Of a stretch of DNA of 64,000 nucleotides, positions 31,101 through 38,927 are shown piece after piece. The DNA comes from Candidatus Poribacteria bacterium (lineage in GTDB: Bacteria > Poribacteria > WGA-4E > GCA-2687025): positions 3,616,001-3,680,000 of the forward strand of contig OY762492.1 of assembly GCA_963665845.2 (NCBI GenBank). Reading direction: 5' to 3'. The notes under the pieces were generated by a model. The model saw nothing but the letters and a program-made list of their open reading frames with translations. It did not search any database and was not told the origin of the DNA. How positions within the stretch are numbered: the stretch's first letter is position 1; each line of letters begins with the position of its first letter. The translations under genes and the position numbers were made by a program.

Positions 31101-34100
31101 TCGTCCGAGTCGACGCGCAGCGAAGACGGCACGACAGAGCCGGACGGCGACAGAAGCGCCGCAGTAGTAGCAGAAGTGTCCAGCCCCGATGCGTCTGGAG
31201 CGAGGGATAGAACGATCTGTTCAATGCCCCCGGTCAACATCGAGTTGGGCGCAGGCGTCATCGATAAAATGCGCGGAGCCTGCGTGTCCAATAGAAACGT
31301 ATGGGACAAGGTCGCGCTGGTTCGTCCGCGCTTGTCGACCGCCGAGGCGGAAACCGTATAAGAGCCGTCCGCGTCGATAATGCCGGTCGGGCGCCAGACG
31401 AGACCGGAGCCTTCCTCTTGAATAAACCCGTCCACCGCGCCGTCCGGACCCGTGACGGCGAGGCTGCTGCCGCCGTCGGTGAAGTCCAGCCCAACGCCGC
31501 CGCGGTCCGCAAACTGCGCACGCGCCTCCGTCAAGGAAGATACATACGCCGAGGGCGGCGCGCCGTTGATCGTCAAGCTGACAACCGCCGGACCGTCCAG
31601 CGTTACCGTAAAGGGCGTTAGCGCCGCTTCGGACATCGCATTGCCCGCCTCGTCGCTCAACTGAACCGAAAGCGTATAGCTGCCGTTCTCATTGATTTCG
31701 GGGAAAACAAGCGTCAAGGTTTCGCCATCGAACGACTTCTGCAGCGGAATAGAGCCGCCCGGACCGCTCAACGAAATCGCGGACGCCGACAGATCAACTC
31801 CGACGCCTTCCCCGTCGCTCAAGGTCAACTGAACGCTGTTGATGGGGGAGGTCAACTCCTCGTCAAAAGCAAGAGAAGACGAAACAACCGACGGAGCCTG
31901 CGTGTCCAATATAAACGTATGGGACAAGGTCGCGCTGGTTCGCCCGCGCTTGTCTACAGCCGAGGCGGAAACCGTGTAAGAGCCGTCTGCGTCAATAATG
32001 CCGGTCGGGCGCCAGACGAGACCGGAGCCTTCCTCTTGAATAAACCCGTCCACCGCGCCGTCCGGACCCGTGACGGCGAGGCTGCTCCCGCCATCGGTGA
32101 AGTCCAGCCCAACGCCGCCGCGGTCCGCAAACTGCGCCCGCGCTTCTGTTAAAGAGGAGACATAGGCTGAAGGCGGCGCGCCGTTGATCGTCAAGCTGAC
32201 AACCGCCGGACCGTCCAGCGTTACCGTAAAGGGCGTTAGCGCCGCTTCGGACATCGCATTGCCCGCCTCGTCGCTCAATCGAACCGAAAGCGTGTAGCTG
32301 CCGTTCTCATTGATTTCGGGGAAAACAAGCGTCAAGGTTTCGCCATCGAACGACTTCTGCAGCGGAATGGAGCCGCCCGGACCGCTCAACGAAATCTGCG
32401 AAACGGACAGATCGACTCCGACGCCTTCTCCGTCGCTCAAGGTCAACTGAACGCTGTTGATCGGAGAGGTCAGCTCCTCGTCAAAAGCAAGAGAAGACGA
32501 AACAACCGACGGAGCCTGCGTGTCCAATATAAACGTATGGGACAAGGTCGCGCTGGTTCGCCCGCGCTTGTCTACAGCCGAGGCGGAGACGGTGTAAGAG
32601 CCGTCTGCGTCAATAATGCCGGTCGGGCGCCAGACGAGACCGGAGCCTTCCTCTTGAATAAACCCGTCCACCGCGCCGTCCGGACCCGTGACGGCGAGGC
32701 TGCTCCCGCCGTCGGTGAAGTCCAAACCGACGCCGCCGCGGTCCGCAAACTGCGCCCGCGCTTCTGTTAAAGAGGAGACATACGCCGAGGGCGGAGCGCC
32801 GTTGATCGTCAAGCTGACAACCGCCGGACCGTCCAGCGTTACCGTAAAGGGCGTTAGCGCCGCTTCGGACATCGCATTGCCCGCCTCGTCGCTCAATCGA
32901 ACCGAAAGCGTGTAACTGCCGTTTTCATTGATTTCGGGGAAAACAAGCGTCAAGGTTTCGCCATCGAACGACTTCTGCAGCGGAATGGAGCCGCCCGGAC
33001 CGCTCAACGCAATCTGCGAAGCGGACAGATCGACTCCGACGCCTTCTCCGTCGCTCAAGGTCAACTGAACGCTGTTGATGGGCGAGGTCAACTCTTCATC
33101 AAACGCAAGGGATGACGAAACAACCGATGGAGCCTGCGTGTCCAATATAAACGTATGGGACAATGCCGCGCTGGTTCGTCCGCGCTTGTCAACCGCCGAG
33201 GCGGAAACCGTGTAAGAACCGTCTGCGTCGATAATGCCGGTCGGCCTCCAGACGAGACCGGAGCCTTCCTCCTGAATAAAGCCGTCCACTGCGCCGTTCG
33301 GACCCGTGACGGCGAGGCTGCTGCCGCCGTCGGTGAAGTCCAGCCCAACGCCGCCGCGGTCCGCAAATTGCGCCCTCGCCTCCGTCAAGGAGGATACATA
33401 GGCTGAAGGCGGCGCGCCGTTGATCGTCAAGCTGACAACCGCCGGACCGTCCAAGGTCACCGTGAAGGGCGTCAACTCCGCTTCGGACATCATATTGCCC
33501 GCCTCGTCGCTCAACTGAACAGAGAGCGTGTAACTGCCTTTCTCATTGATTTCCGGGAAAACAAGCGTCAAGGTTTCGCCATCGAACGACTTCTGCAGCG
33601 GAATGGAGCCGCCCGGACCGCTCAACGAAATCGCGGACGCAGACAGATCCACCCCGACGCCTTCTCCGTCGCTCAAGGTCAACTGAACGCTGTTGATGGG
33701 GGAAGTCAACTCCTCATCAAACGCAAGGGACGACGAAACAACCGACGGCGCCTGCGTGTCCAGTATGAGGCTGGAGGCGATGGTAACCGCGTTTCCAGCC
33801 GCGTCCGCCGCGCTGACGGAGACGTCATATTGTCCGTCGTCCGCGCCGAGGGCGCTCAACGGCGTTTCGAGCTGAAACGAAACGGTCGACTCGCCGTCAT
33901 TGTACAGCGTACCGTTCAACACGGCGCCGTTCGGTCCGCGCACCACGATGCCTGAAGCCGCAAAATCAATATCGGTGAAATTGTCGGAAAGGGTCAACAC
34001 AACCGAGTCGAACGGCGAATTGGCGCGCGTCAAGGCGCCCGAACGCACATCGAACGGCGTTAAACTTTCGATGCGCGGCGGGGTTTTGTCATATATAAAG

Positions 34101-35578
34101 GAGAACGAACGGGCGACGGCGGCGTTCCCGGCGAGGTCTCGTACCCCCGACACCTGCATCGTATAGACGCCCTCTTCCACTAAATTCGCATAGGTCAGTT
34201 CGATTTGCCCGCCGCCGCTCGTTTCGGACAGATCGACAGCGACAGGAAACAGCGCGCCGGACGGAGCGGTCAAGGTTGCCTGCGCCGATCCAAAATCGAT
34301 GCCGGAGCCTGTTTCGTCAATGACAATCTTCAAGGTATCGGACGCCAAGCCGATGAACCCAGGAACGACCGCCCCGCCGGAAGCGGACGCTTGACCGACA
34401 AGCGGCGCCACCGTGTCCAGCATGAAACTGGAGCTGCGGGAGGCAGCGTTGCCCGCTTCGTCCATAATGGAGGCGGTTACATTGTAGATGCCGTTTTCAG
34501 CGGTCGTCGACAGCGGCGAAGCGAAGACGAAACGCATGGAACCGCCGTTCGGGTCGATCTCCAAGGCGCCCGCCACCGGCTCGCCCGCCGCGTTCGCAAC
34601 CTGAATGGAGAGGTTGTCAACATCGATGGGCGATCCGCCGAGAGCGTCCAGCCCCGCCTCAATCTGCGCGAGCGGAGCGTTCAACAGGGCGCCGTTGACA
34701 GGGGCGAACGTTGAAAAGGCGGGCTTCTTCGTGTCGATCATGATCGTCCGCTGCGCCGACGCCTCATTCCCGGCTCGGTCGGCGGCGCGTATTTGAAGCG
34801 CGTATTCGCCGTCCGGCAAGAACGCGCCCGTGATGTCGGTTCCGTTCCAAAAGGCGTAGCCGGCTCTGTTATACGGCGGTAAAAAAGCGGCGCTGGGCGC
34901 ATTCAACGACGGACCGGAGGCGATGGAGATCTCTACGGAGTCCAGCATTTCGCTGGACGCAAAGCCGAGCCGGGAGACATCTTTTTGTCCGTCCGCGTTG
35001 GGAGAAAAGCTGTCGGCGGTAAAGGAGACCGCCGGCGCTTTTGTGTCGATCTCAATCTGAACCTGCGCCTTGACGCCGGTTCCGTTTCGCACCGCCGCGT
35101 CGGAGAAGCCGATCATCACTTGAACATCGTATGTTCCGTCGCCGACAAGGTCGCTGGAGTCCCACTGGGCGGTTCCGTCCCAGTCGACTCGTATGGCGAG
35201 GCTGTCCAATCCGCCCGCCTGCGCCGGCACAAGCTGTACGTTGGCGGCTCCCTGCCATGTCCAGTCGTCGTTTCGGTCAAAGACGCCGTCTGGGGCGCCG
35301 ACGCCGCCGGTTCCGTTTGTATCGACGATGGCGCTGTAGAAGTAGCCGACCGACAGTTCAAAGACGACCGAGGCGGTTTGTACTGCCGGGTTGACGCTTG
35401 GGACGCCTGTTTCGCCGGCGTTGTCTACGGCGAAGGGGGATGTGAGAAAGCTCTGCGCGGAGGCAGACGCGGCGATCATCAATGCGAGCGCCGACAAGAT
35501 GGGAAACGCCTTGCGCGCTGGATAACGGATATTCATTAGAAAAAACCCTGCTGACTTCCTGTCCGATGTTGATGGCAT
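25175..35578 (-). CDS. Giant secreted Ig-like repeat protein with a C-terminal FlgD-Ig/T9SS-type sorting domain (start possibly 35536)
   Basis: Signal peptide ending ASA-QS; many ~100-aa D-T-x-A-P...DG-x-Y...D-x-AGN Ig-like units; C-terminus VYVWPNP...IYT.AG.LV-like...WNLRND.G..VASGLY.FRL...KMGRMLVVK. Confidence 0.88.
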   Translation of the reverse strand: MPSTSDRKSAGFFLMNIRYPARKAFPILSALALMIAASASAQSFLTSPFAVDNAGETGVPSVNPAVQTASVVFELSVGYFYSAIVDTNGTGGVGAPDGVFDRNDDWTWQGAANVQLVPAQAGGLDSLAIRVDWDGTAQWDSSDLVGDGTYDVQVMIGFSDAAVRNGTGVKAQVQIEIDTKAPAVSFTADSFSPNADGQKDVSRLGFASSEMLDSVEISIASGPSLNAPSAAFLPPYNRAGYAFWNGTDITGAFLPDGEYALQIRAADRAGNEASAQRTIMIDTKKPAFSTFAPVNGALLNAPLAQIEAGLDALGGSPIDVDNLSIQVANAAGEPVAGALEIDPNGGSMRFVFASPLSTTAENGIYNVTASIMDEAGNAASRSSSFMLDTVAPLVGQASASGGAVVPGFIGLASDTLKIVIDETGSGIDFGSAQATLTAPSGALFPVAVDLSETSGGGQIELTYANLVEEGVYTMQVSGVRDLAGNAAVARSFSFIYDKTPPRIESLTPFDVRSGALTRANSPFDSVVLTLSDNFTDIDFAASGIVVRGPNGAVLNGTLYNDGESTVSFQLETPLSALGADDGQYDVSVSAADAAGNAVTIASSLILDTQAPSVVSSSLAFDEELTSPINSVQLTLSDGEGVGVDLSASAISLSGPGGSIPLQKSFDGETLTLVFPEINEKGSYTLSVQLSDEAGNMMSEAELTPFTVTLDGPAVVSLTINGAPPSAYVSSLTEARAQFADRGGVGLDFTDGGSSLAVTGPNGAVDGFIQEEGSGLVWRPTGIIDADGSYTVSASAVDKRGRTSAALSHTFILDTQAPSVVSSSLAFDEELTSPINSVQLTLSDGEGVGVDLSASQIALSGPGGSIPLQKSFDGETLTLVFPEINENGSYTLSVRLSDEAGNAMSEAALTPFTVTLDGPAVVSLTINGAPPSAYVSSLTEARAQFADRGGVGLDFTDGGSSLAVTGPDGAVDGFIQEEGSGLVWRPTGIIDADGSYTVSASAVDKRGRTSATLSHTFILDTQAPSVVSSSLAFDEELTSPINSVQLTLSDGEGVGVDLSVSQISLSGPGGSIPLQKSFDGETLTLVFPEINENGSYTLSVRLSDEAGNAMSEAALTPFTVTLDGPAVVSLTINGAPPSAYVSSLTEARAQFADRGGVGLDFTDGGSSLAVTGPDGAVDGFIQEEGSGLVWRPTGIIDADGSYTVSASAVDKRGRTSATLSHTFILDTQAPSVVSSSLAFDEELTSPINSVQLTLSDGEGVGVDLSASAISLSGPGGSIPLQKSFDGETLTLVFPEINENGSYTLSVQLSDEAGNAMSEAALTPFTVTLDGPAVVSLTINGAPPSAYVSSLTEARAQFADRGGVGLDFTDGGSSLAVTGPDGAVDGFIQEEGSGLVWRPTGIIDADGSYTVSASAVDKRGRTSATLSHTFLLDTQAPRILSMTPAPNSMLTGGIEQIVLSLAPDASGLDTSATTAALLSPSGSVVPSSLRVDSDESLRLEFAPLRADGTDDGTYRVVWDLVDRAGNSVSETREFTLANRKPYLALSEPADGAYVNRWSQFTAQLGDDSGSGINFDTLQISVADPNGQPAAGRASHDNAQTIAFTADAPAPNNGSADGVYAVSIYVENKQGVASVIETSFTLDTTAPSILSVSLAHGAILDISYPLIASISVLDEGSGIDFDASTIQVIGPGDAVLPALVQYDGSGIFTLSTDRLTAYGRYRIETTLRDRAGNVSAPTQTVFEIRQAEKIVTNVQPAHRSYVRSLSSVVAELSGATYDSTMELIGPNGEPVAGSDSFAFDRLTLTLETPLASDGRDDGDYTVRITPVYPGGVAGPTLQYSFTMDTQAPRISGLQPANVFSAGGYVSFEFIEASVQISDASSGVDLSASSIRVFNSEGKSMRGVQTDDGVGGLVWTAAAPLPDGRYTLHVNTVDRAGLTASMRRPFALDTQTPSVVASSIAFDEELTSPINSVQLTLSDGDGVGVDLSASQIALSGPGGSIPLQKSFDGETLTLVFPEINENGSYTLSVQLSDEAGNAMSEAALTPFTVTLDGPAVVSLTINGAPPSAYVSSLTEAQAQFADRGGVGLDFTDGGSSLVVNGPNGAVTGFIQEEGSGLVWRPTGIIDADGSYTVSASAVDKRGRTSAILSHTFILDTQAPSVVSSSLAFDEELTSPINSVQLTLSDGEGVGVDLSASQIALSGPGGSIPLQKSFDGETLTLVFPEINENGGYTLSVRLSDEAGNAMSEAELTPFTVTLDGPVVVSVTVNGAAPSSYATSLTEVGAVFADRSGAGLDFSDGATRIQAAGPRGEVNGTLTQNGDALTWTPDVPIRENGLDDGTYTVSALAVDLTGQTSPTESYTFILDTQAPRVTSALPLELLTSLGYLNSPLTVISVTLADAASGVDLSASSIAVFDSDGAEVAGVRTDDGSGTIIWTAAEPFADDGSSDGAYVAQMTAADRAGHTFALARPFTLDTQHPTVASSSVAFDEELNAPINSIQLTLTDGEGVGVDMSASSFALSGPGGSIPLQKTEDGNSVELVFPALKTNGVYTLSAVLADKAGNVMSEAALTPFTVRLSGPSVVGLSVNGAAPPPYASALTEARADFEDRGGVGLDFTDEGSSLQVTGPRGGVSGVLTTDGNALIWTPAIPLRTDGSDDGTYTVSAAAVDMGGRASPALTHTFILDTQAPRVASSSPVDAALPTNYVSASFSVLEASVVDVGPAGLEAGAMAIRLMAPSGGEVPSEASYNENGVMRLQLNNPLPTNGSGDGVYTLEIEAADRAGNALRMGSAVVYDTQPPALTASTPADGSVIDPTARQIALQVRDSVSGIDPAAASMTLTSPSGASIPGTTGVSIDGENSTVQFTFEKILTEVGDYVLSAELVDRAGNRRLIELRFYNASNTPTVIQTVPDTRLAETAYAEIGLAEVSALLREAPGSGISTAPGVSTIRLIDPQGNPVSGVQSSRGGNTLVLTLGRALRDDGSDDGTYQIEVTPANAAGIQGTTQTFAFVYDSQPPEILSSIGTYFPQSEFQQSGDAIAGFYVNVLDDTAGVDWENVDETWMSLENADGETVAGTVTGSSLLQTLQLVFLTPLASDGSEDGIYTLNIRAVDKAGNEADVSYQFLVDLTAPAIDAGSLTVNGLTIVTDANEMGYPTSVNSETGVEIAVTVTDESAGVDLARSGIVVTAPDGSQVDGTLRQNNLDRLVFESGPLTREGVYAVSVTAVGIDFSSLGVQPESVLGASFLYEKTAPTAAVTSSPGNAIFESEPAHLTGTALDEPQQGGEGSPPVPASGVALVEIGGVGPDGEELEWEAAEDDSPDAQNPWSQWSSDFLPSRSGTYRVLVRVTDRAGNSAVVDAGMYEFTTALAFKGPVYVWPNPLSRSRGDTAHFSFETNQADQAEWRLSVYTVAGALVYRASGQAERERQANSQSATWNLRNDGGQAVASGLYVFRLEIDDGQSVFRKMGRMLVVK
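29132..29749 (-). repeat. Fifth, displaced copy of the 618-bp two-domain unit in the giant gene
   Basis: Same LDTQ.PSVV...SHTFI translation as 31292-33763; followed by a further half-unit at about 28820-29131. Confidence 0.85.
31292..33763 (-). repeat. Four tandem 618-bp (206-aa) near-identical units in the giant gene
   Basis: Landmark ATGGGACAA at 31301, 31919, 32537 and 33155 (period 618). Confidence 0.95.
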
Positions 35579-35687
35579 ATGCGCAGTCCCGCCCGCGCGC
35601 CTTTGCGGTCAAACATTAGACGCCGGCGAAACGAAATAGGTTGAGCGAAAGGCGCTCGAACGCGCCGTAAAACGTTCATTCTTTTCT

Positions 35688-36221
35688 TTAAAACAGCTCT
35701 GTTCCCTCCAGTACAGGCGCGGCAAACGGAGAATCGGACGCAGAACGAGACAGCGACGCGAGCCAGTCCGCGATCCGCCCGCCCAAGCGCGGATGGACGG
35801 CGCCCGGCGCAATCTCCGCCAGCGGCTCCAGCGCAAATCTCCGCTCCAACATGCGCGGATGCGGTATCGTCAAATCGCCGCTTTCGATGCAGAGCGAGCC
35901 GAACAGAAGCAGATCCAGATCAATCTCGCGCGGACCCCACCGCCGAGACGGACGCCTGCCGAGGCGCCGTTCCGTTTCTTGCAGCGTTTTGAAAAAGGCG
36001 CGCGCGCTCATCGGCGTGTCCACCTGAACCGCCGCGTTCAAAAAAGGGGGCTGATCCGTAACGCCGATCGGCTCCGTTTCATACACCGACGAGACCGCCT
36101 TCACCTCTCCCGCCCGCTCCGAGAGCGCCGCCACGGCGCGCCGCAAATACCCCAGCCGTCCGCCTCGATTCGAACCGAGGCCGACATAGGCGGAGGTCAA
36201 CGGCTCCGCGTCTCCTCTCAT
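35688..36221 (-). CDS. folK: 2-amino-4-hydroxy-6-hydroxymethyldihydropteridine diphosphokinase
   Basis: YVGLGSN, SSVYETEP, FLNAA, RWGPREIDLDLL, IPHPRM.ER.F.L.PL; ATGA overlap with fabF. Confidence 0.95.
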   Translation of the reverse strand: MRGDAEPLTSAYVGLGSNRGGRLGYLRRAVAALSERAGEVKAVSSVYETEPIGVTDQPPFLNAAVQVDTPMSARAFFKTLQETERRLGRRPSRRWGPREIDLDLLLFGSLCIESGDLTIPHPRMLERRFALEPLAEIAPGAVHPRLGGRIADWLASLSRSASDSPFAAPVLEGTELF

Positions 36222-37459
36222 GCGTCCCACGCGCGAATAACAACGGTGGTGTTATGCCCGCCGAAACCGAAAGCGTTTGAAAGCGCGTATCGAAGCCGCG
36301 CCGGGCGCGCCTCGTTCGGCGCGTAATCCAGATCGCATTCTGGGTCCGGCTCGTTCAGGTTGATGGTCGGCGGGATCGTCTGATGTTTCACCGCCAAGAT
36401 CGACGCAATCAGCTCTACGGCTCCAGCGGCGCCGAGAAGATGCCCCATGACCGACTTGGTCGAACTGACCGTCGGGCAGTCTTCAGGCGCGCCGAAGACG
36501 GTCTTGATGGCGCTCGTCTCGGCGATGTCGCCGACAGGAGTTGACGTGCCATGCGCGTTGATATAATCGATCTCGCCGCTGTCGACGCCCGCGCGGTCGA
36601 TAGCGGCTTTCATGGAGCGCGCCGCGCCGCTTCCGCCCAGAGGCGGGCTGACCATGTCATGCGCGTCGGAGCTCATGCCGAAGCCGACCATCTCCGCGTA
36701 TATGTTGGCGCCGCGCGCCTTCGCATGTTTCAGCGTCTCCATGATGAGAACGCCGGAGCCTTCGCCCATCACAAACCCGTCGCGCGTCGCGTCAAAGGGT
36801 CGGGATGCGGTTTCTGGGGCGTCGTTGCGCGTCGACATCGCTCTCATTGAGCAGAAGCCGGCAAAGGAAAGCGGGGTGAACGCCGCCTCGGTTCCGCCGG
36901 CTGCCATGACATCCGCGTCGCCTCTCGACAGGATGCTGTAGGCGCTGCCGATGGAATGGTTGGAGGTGGCGCAGGCGGTGACATGCGCTAGGTTCGGCCC
37001 GCGCAGCCCGCACTGAATGGAGATCTGCCCAGGCGCCATGTTGATGATCTGATGCGGAACAAAGAAGGGAGAGACTCGCTTCGGTCCGCGGGTGCGCAGG
37101 ATTTCATGCTGCTGCTCCAGGACGTCAATGCCGCCGATGCCGGAGCCGACGGCGACGCCCGCCCTTTCGGGGTTGAAGCCGTTCTCATGCAGCCCGGCGT
37201 CTTTCAGCGCCGTCTTCGCCGCGGCGACAGCGAACTGGATAAATCGGGGCAGGCGGCGCGCCTCTTTCAGCGGCAGGTACTGCTCAGGCTGAAAGTCCTT
37301 CACCTCGCCCCCGATTCGCGTCCGGTATTCTTCGTCGGCATCGAACAGCGTGACGGCTCCGATTCCCGACTTGCCTTCCGCGAGATGCGCCCAGTAATCG
37401 TTGAGCGTCGAGCCGATCGGGCTGATGACGCCCATCCCGGTGATAACGACCCTCTCCAT
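36218..37459 (-). CDS. fabF: 3-oxoacyl-ACP synthase II
   Basis: RVVITGMG, TACAT, SRPFD..RDGFV.GEG, YINAHGTST, GHLLGAAG, SNAFGFGGHN. Confidence 0.96.
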   Translation of the reverse strand: MERVVITGMGVISPIGSTLNDYWAHLAEGKSGIGAVTLFDADEEYRTRIGGEVKDFQPEQYLPLKEARRLPRFIQFAVAAAKTALKDAGLHENGFNPERAGVAVGSGIGGIDVLEQQHEILRTRGPKRVSPFFVPHQIINMAPGQISIQCGLRGPNLAHVTACATSNHSIGSAYSILSRGDADVMAAGGTEAAFTPLSFAGFCSMRAMSTRNDAPETASRPFDATRDGFVMGEGSGVLIMETLKHAKARGANIYAEMVGFGMSSDAHDMVSPPLGGSGAARSMKAAIDRAGVDSGEIDYINAHGTSTPVGDIAETSAIKTVFGAPEDCPTVSSTKSVMGHLLGAAGAVELIASILAVKHQTIPPTINLNEPDPECDLDYAPNEARPARLRYALSNAFGFGGHNTTVVIRAWDA

Positions 37460-37506
37460 GTTCTATCCGCCCCTTCGTCTCAAACCTTTTCTACCGCGCA
37501 GCGCGG

Positions 37507-37595
37507 CAGCATACGCGCCCATGCCGTTCAGCGTTCCCGCCTTTCGGCGATGAATCTCTCCTGCGCATCGGCGGCGCATGGAGGCGCGTATGCTG
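37507..37595 (-). promoter_or_regulatory. Long stem-loop between acpP and fabF
   Basis: CAGCATACGCGCC (37507-37519) pairs with GGCGCGTATGCTG (37583-37595); inner CATGC pairs with GCATG. Confidence 0.5.
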
Positions 37596-37616
37596 AATGC
37601 CGCCTCGAAGCCCAGC

Positions 37617-37877
37617 TTAGAGAGGCGTCGCGTCCTCGCCGCCGCCCGTCGCTTTTGTCAAGTACTCAATCGCGTCCTGAACGACGCGGATCTTTTCCGC
37701 GTCCGCGTCCGGTATGTCGATCTCAAATTCTTCCTCAAACGCCATGACCAGCTCGACGGTGTCGAGCGAATCCGCGCCCAGATCGTCCATGAAAGACGAA
37801 TTCAGGGTTACCTGTTCCACGTTCACCGAAAGCTCCCGCGCAATAATTTCGCACACCTTGTCGGCAAGACCTGCCAT
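37617..37877 (-). CDS. acpP: Acyl carrier protein
   Basis: [28 protein letters not shown]. Confidence 0.97.
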   Translation of the reverse strand: MAGLADKVCEIIARELSVNVEQVTLNSSFMDDLGADSLDTVELVMAFEEEFEIDIPDADAEKIRVVQDAIEYLTKATGGGEDATPL

Positions 37878-37991
37878 CGTTCACTCCTTGCGTCCATTTC
37901 CGCCGGCACCGCCGGACGTTGTTGATTCTGTTTGCGGACAAACCGCCCGCTTATATTATACATAAACTTGCAGTAACGCAAGCCTCTTTCA

Positions 37992-38178
37992 TGACCTCAT
38001 GCTGAAAGTTGGGACGTCTGAACGGCAAAGCCTTTATTCATGGGAAAAAGGCTCCGCCAACCAGATCGTCCCCCGCTTCCGCGAGGGCATGCATTCCCGC
38101 GTAAGCGGGAATCTAGAGGCGCCGCAGAAACCGTCCGCGCCCGCCCGCCTGCATGTCCCAACTTAAGACGTAAGGTCA
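37992..38178 (+). mobile_element. MITE copy 2, between fabG and acpP
   Basis: TGACCTCATGCTGAAAGTTGGGAC...TGTCCCAACTTAAGACGTAAGGTCA; shares AAAGCCTTTATTCATGGGAAAA and the internal palindrome with copy 1. Confidence 0.8.
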
Positions 38179-38183
38179 ACCTT

Positions 38184-38927
38184 TTACATCGCTAAGCCGC
38201 CGTCCACATGAAGAACATGCCCAGTGATATACCGCGCCTCGTCCGACGCCAAAAAACAGACCGCCGACGCCACATCGGACGGAGCGCCGAAACATCCTAG
38301 GGGCGTCAAGCCGAGAACATTCTCCCGTATCGCATCGGAAAGAACCGCCGTCATATCGGTCTCAATGAACCCAGGCGCTACAGCGTTCACCGTGACGCCG
38401 CGCGGACCCATCTCCTTCGCCAGCGATTTGGTCAAGCCAATCAAGCCCGCCTTCGAAGCGGCGTAATTCGCCTGACCCGCGTTACCCGTAACCCCGACAA
38501 CCGAGGTGATATTCACAATGCGCCCCGAACGTTGGCGCATCATCCCGCGCGCCGCCGCCCGCGCAAAATAAAACGCGCCGGACAGGTTCGTCTCCAACGG
38601 ACCGCTCCAGTCGCCGTCCTTCATACGCATGACCAATGTATCGCGGGTGACGCCCGCGTTGTTGACCAGTATATCCAGCCCGTCGAACGCCTCCGAGGCG
38701 GCGGCAACCGCTTCATTGACGGCAGCAGAATCGCGCGCGTCTACGGCGAACGGCAGCGCCGTTCCGCCCGCGCCGTTGATCTGGTCCGCCAGCTCTTCAA
38801 GCCGCTCCGTTGTCCGCGCCGCCAGCGCGGCCTTGACGCCATGCCTGGCAAGCGCCAGCGCGATCTCCCGCCCAATGCCGCGCGACGCGCCCGTTACTAA
38901 AGCCGACTTGCCATTAAGCGACTGCAT
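38184..38927 (-). CDS. fabG: 3-oxoacyl-ACP reductase
   Basis: TGASRGIG, NNAGVTRD, GNAGQANYAASK, VAPGFI.TDMT, VDGGL.M. Confidence 0.96.
   Translation of the reverse strand: MQSLNGKSALVTGASRGIGREIALALARHGVKAALAARTTERLEELADQINGAGGTALPFAVDARDSAAVNEAVAAASEAFDGLDILVNNAGVTRDTLVMRMKDGDWSGPLETNLSGAFYFARAAARGMMRQRSGRIVNITSVVGVTGNAGQANYAASKAGLIGLTKSLAKEMGPRGVTVNAVAPGFIETDMTAVLSDAIRENVLGLTPLGCFGAPSDVASAVCFLASDEARYITGHVLHVDGGLAM

Noticed and set aside
28820-33763. Diversity-generating retroelement TR/VR pair
   Set aside because: Differences between units are not adenine-specific and are mostly synonymous. There is no reverse transcriptase in the window.
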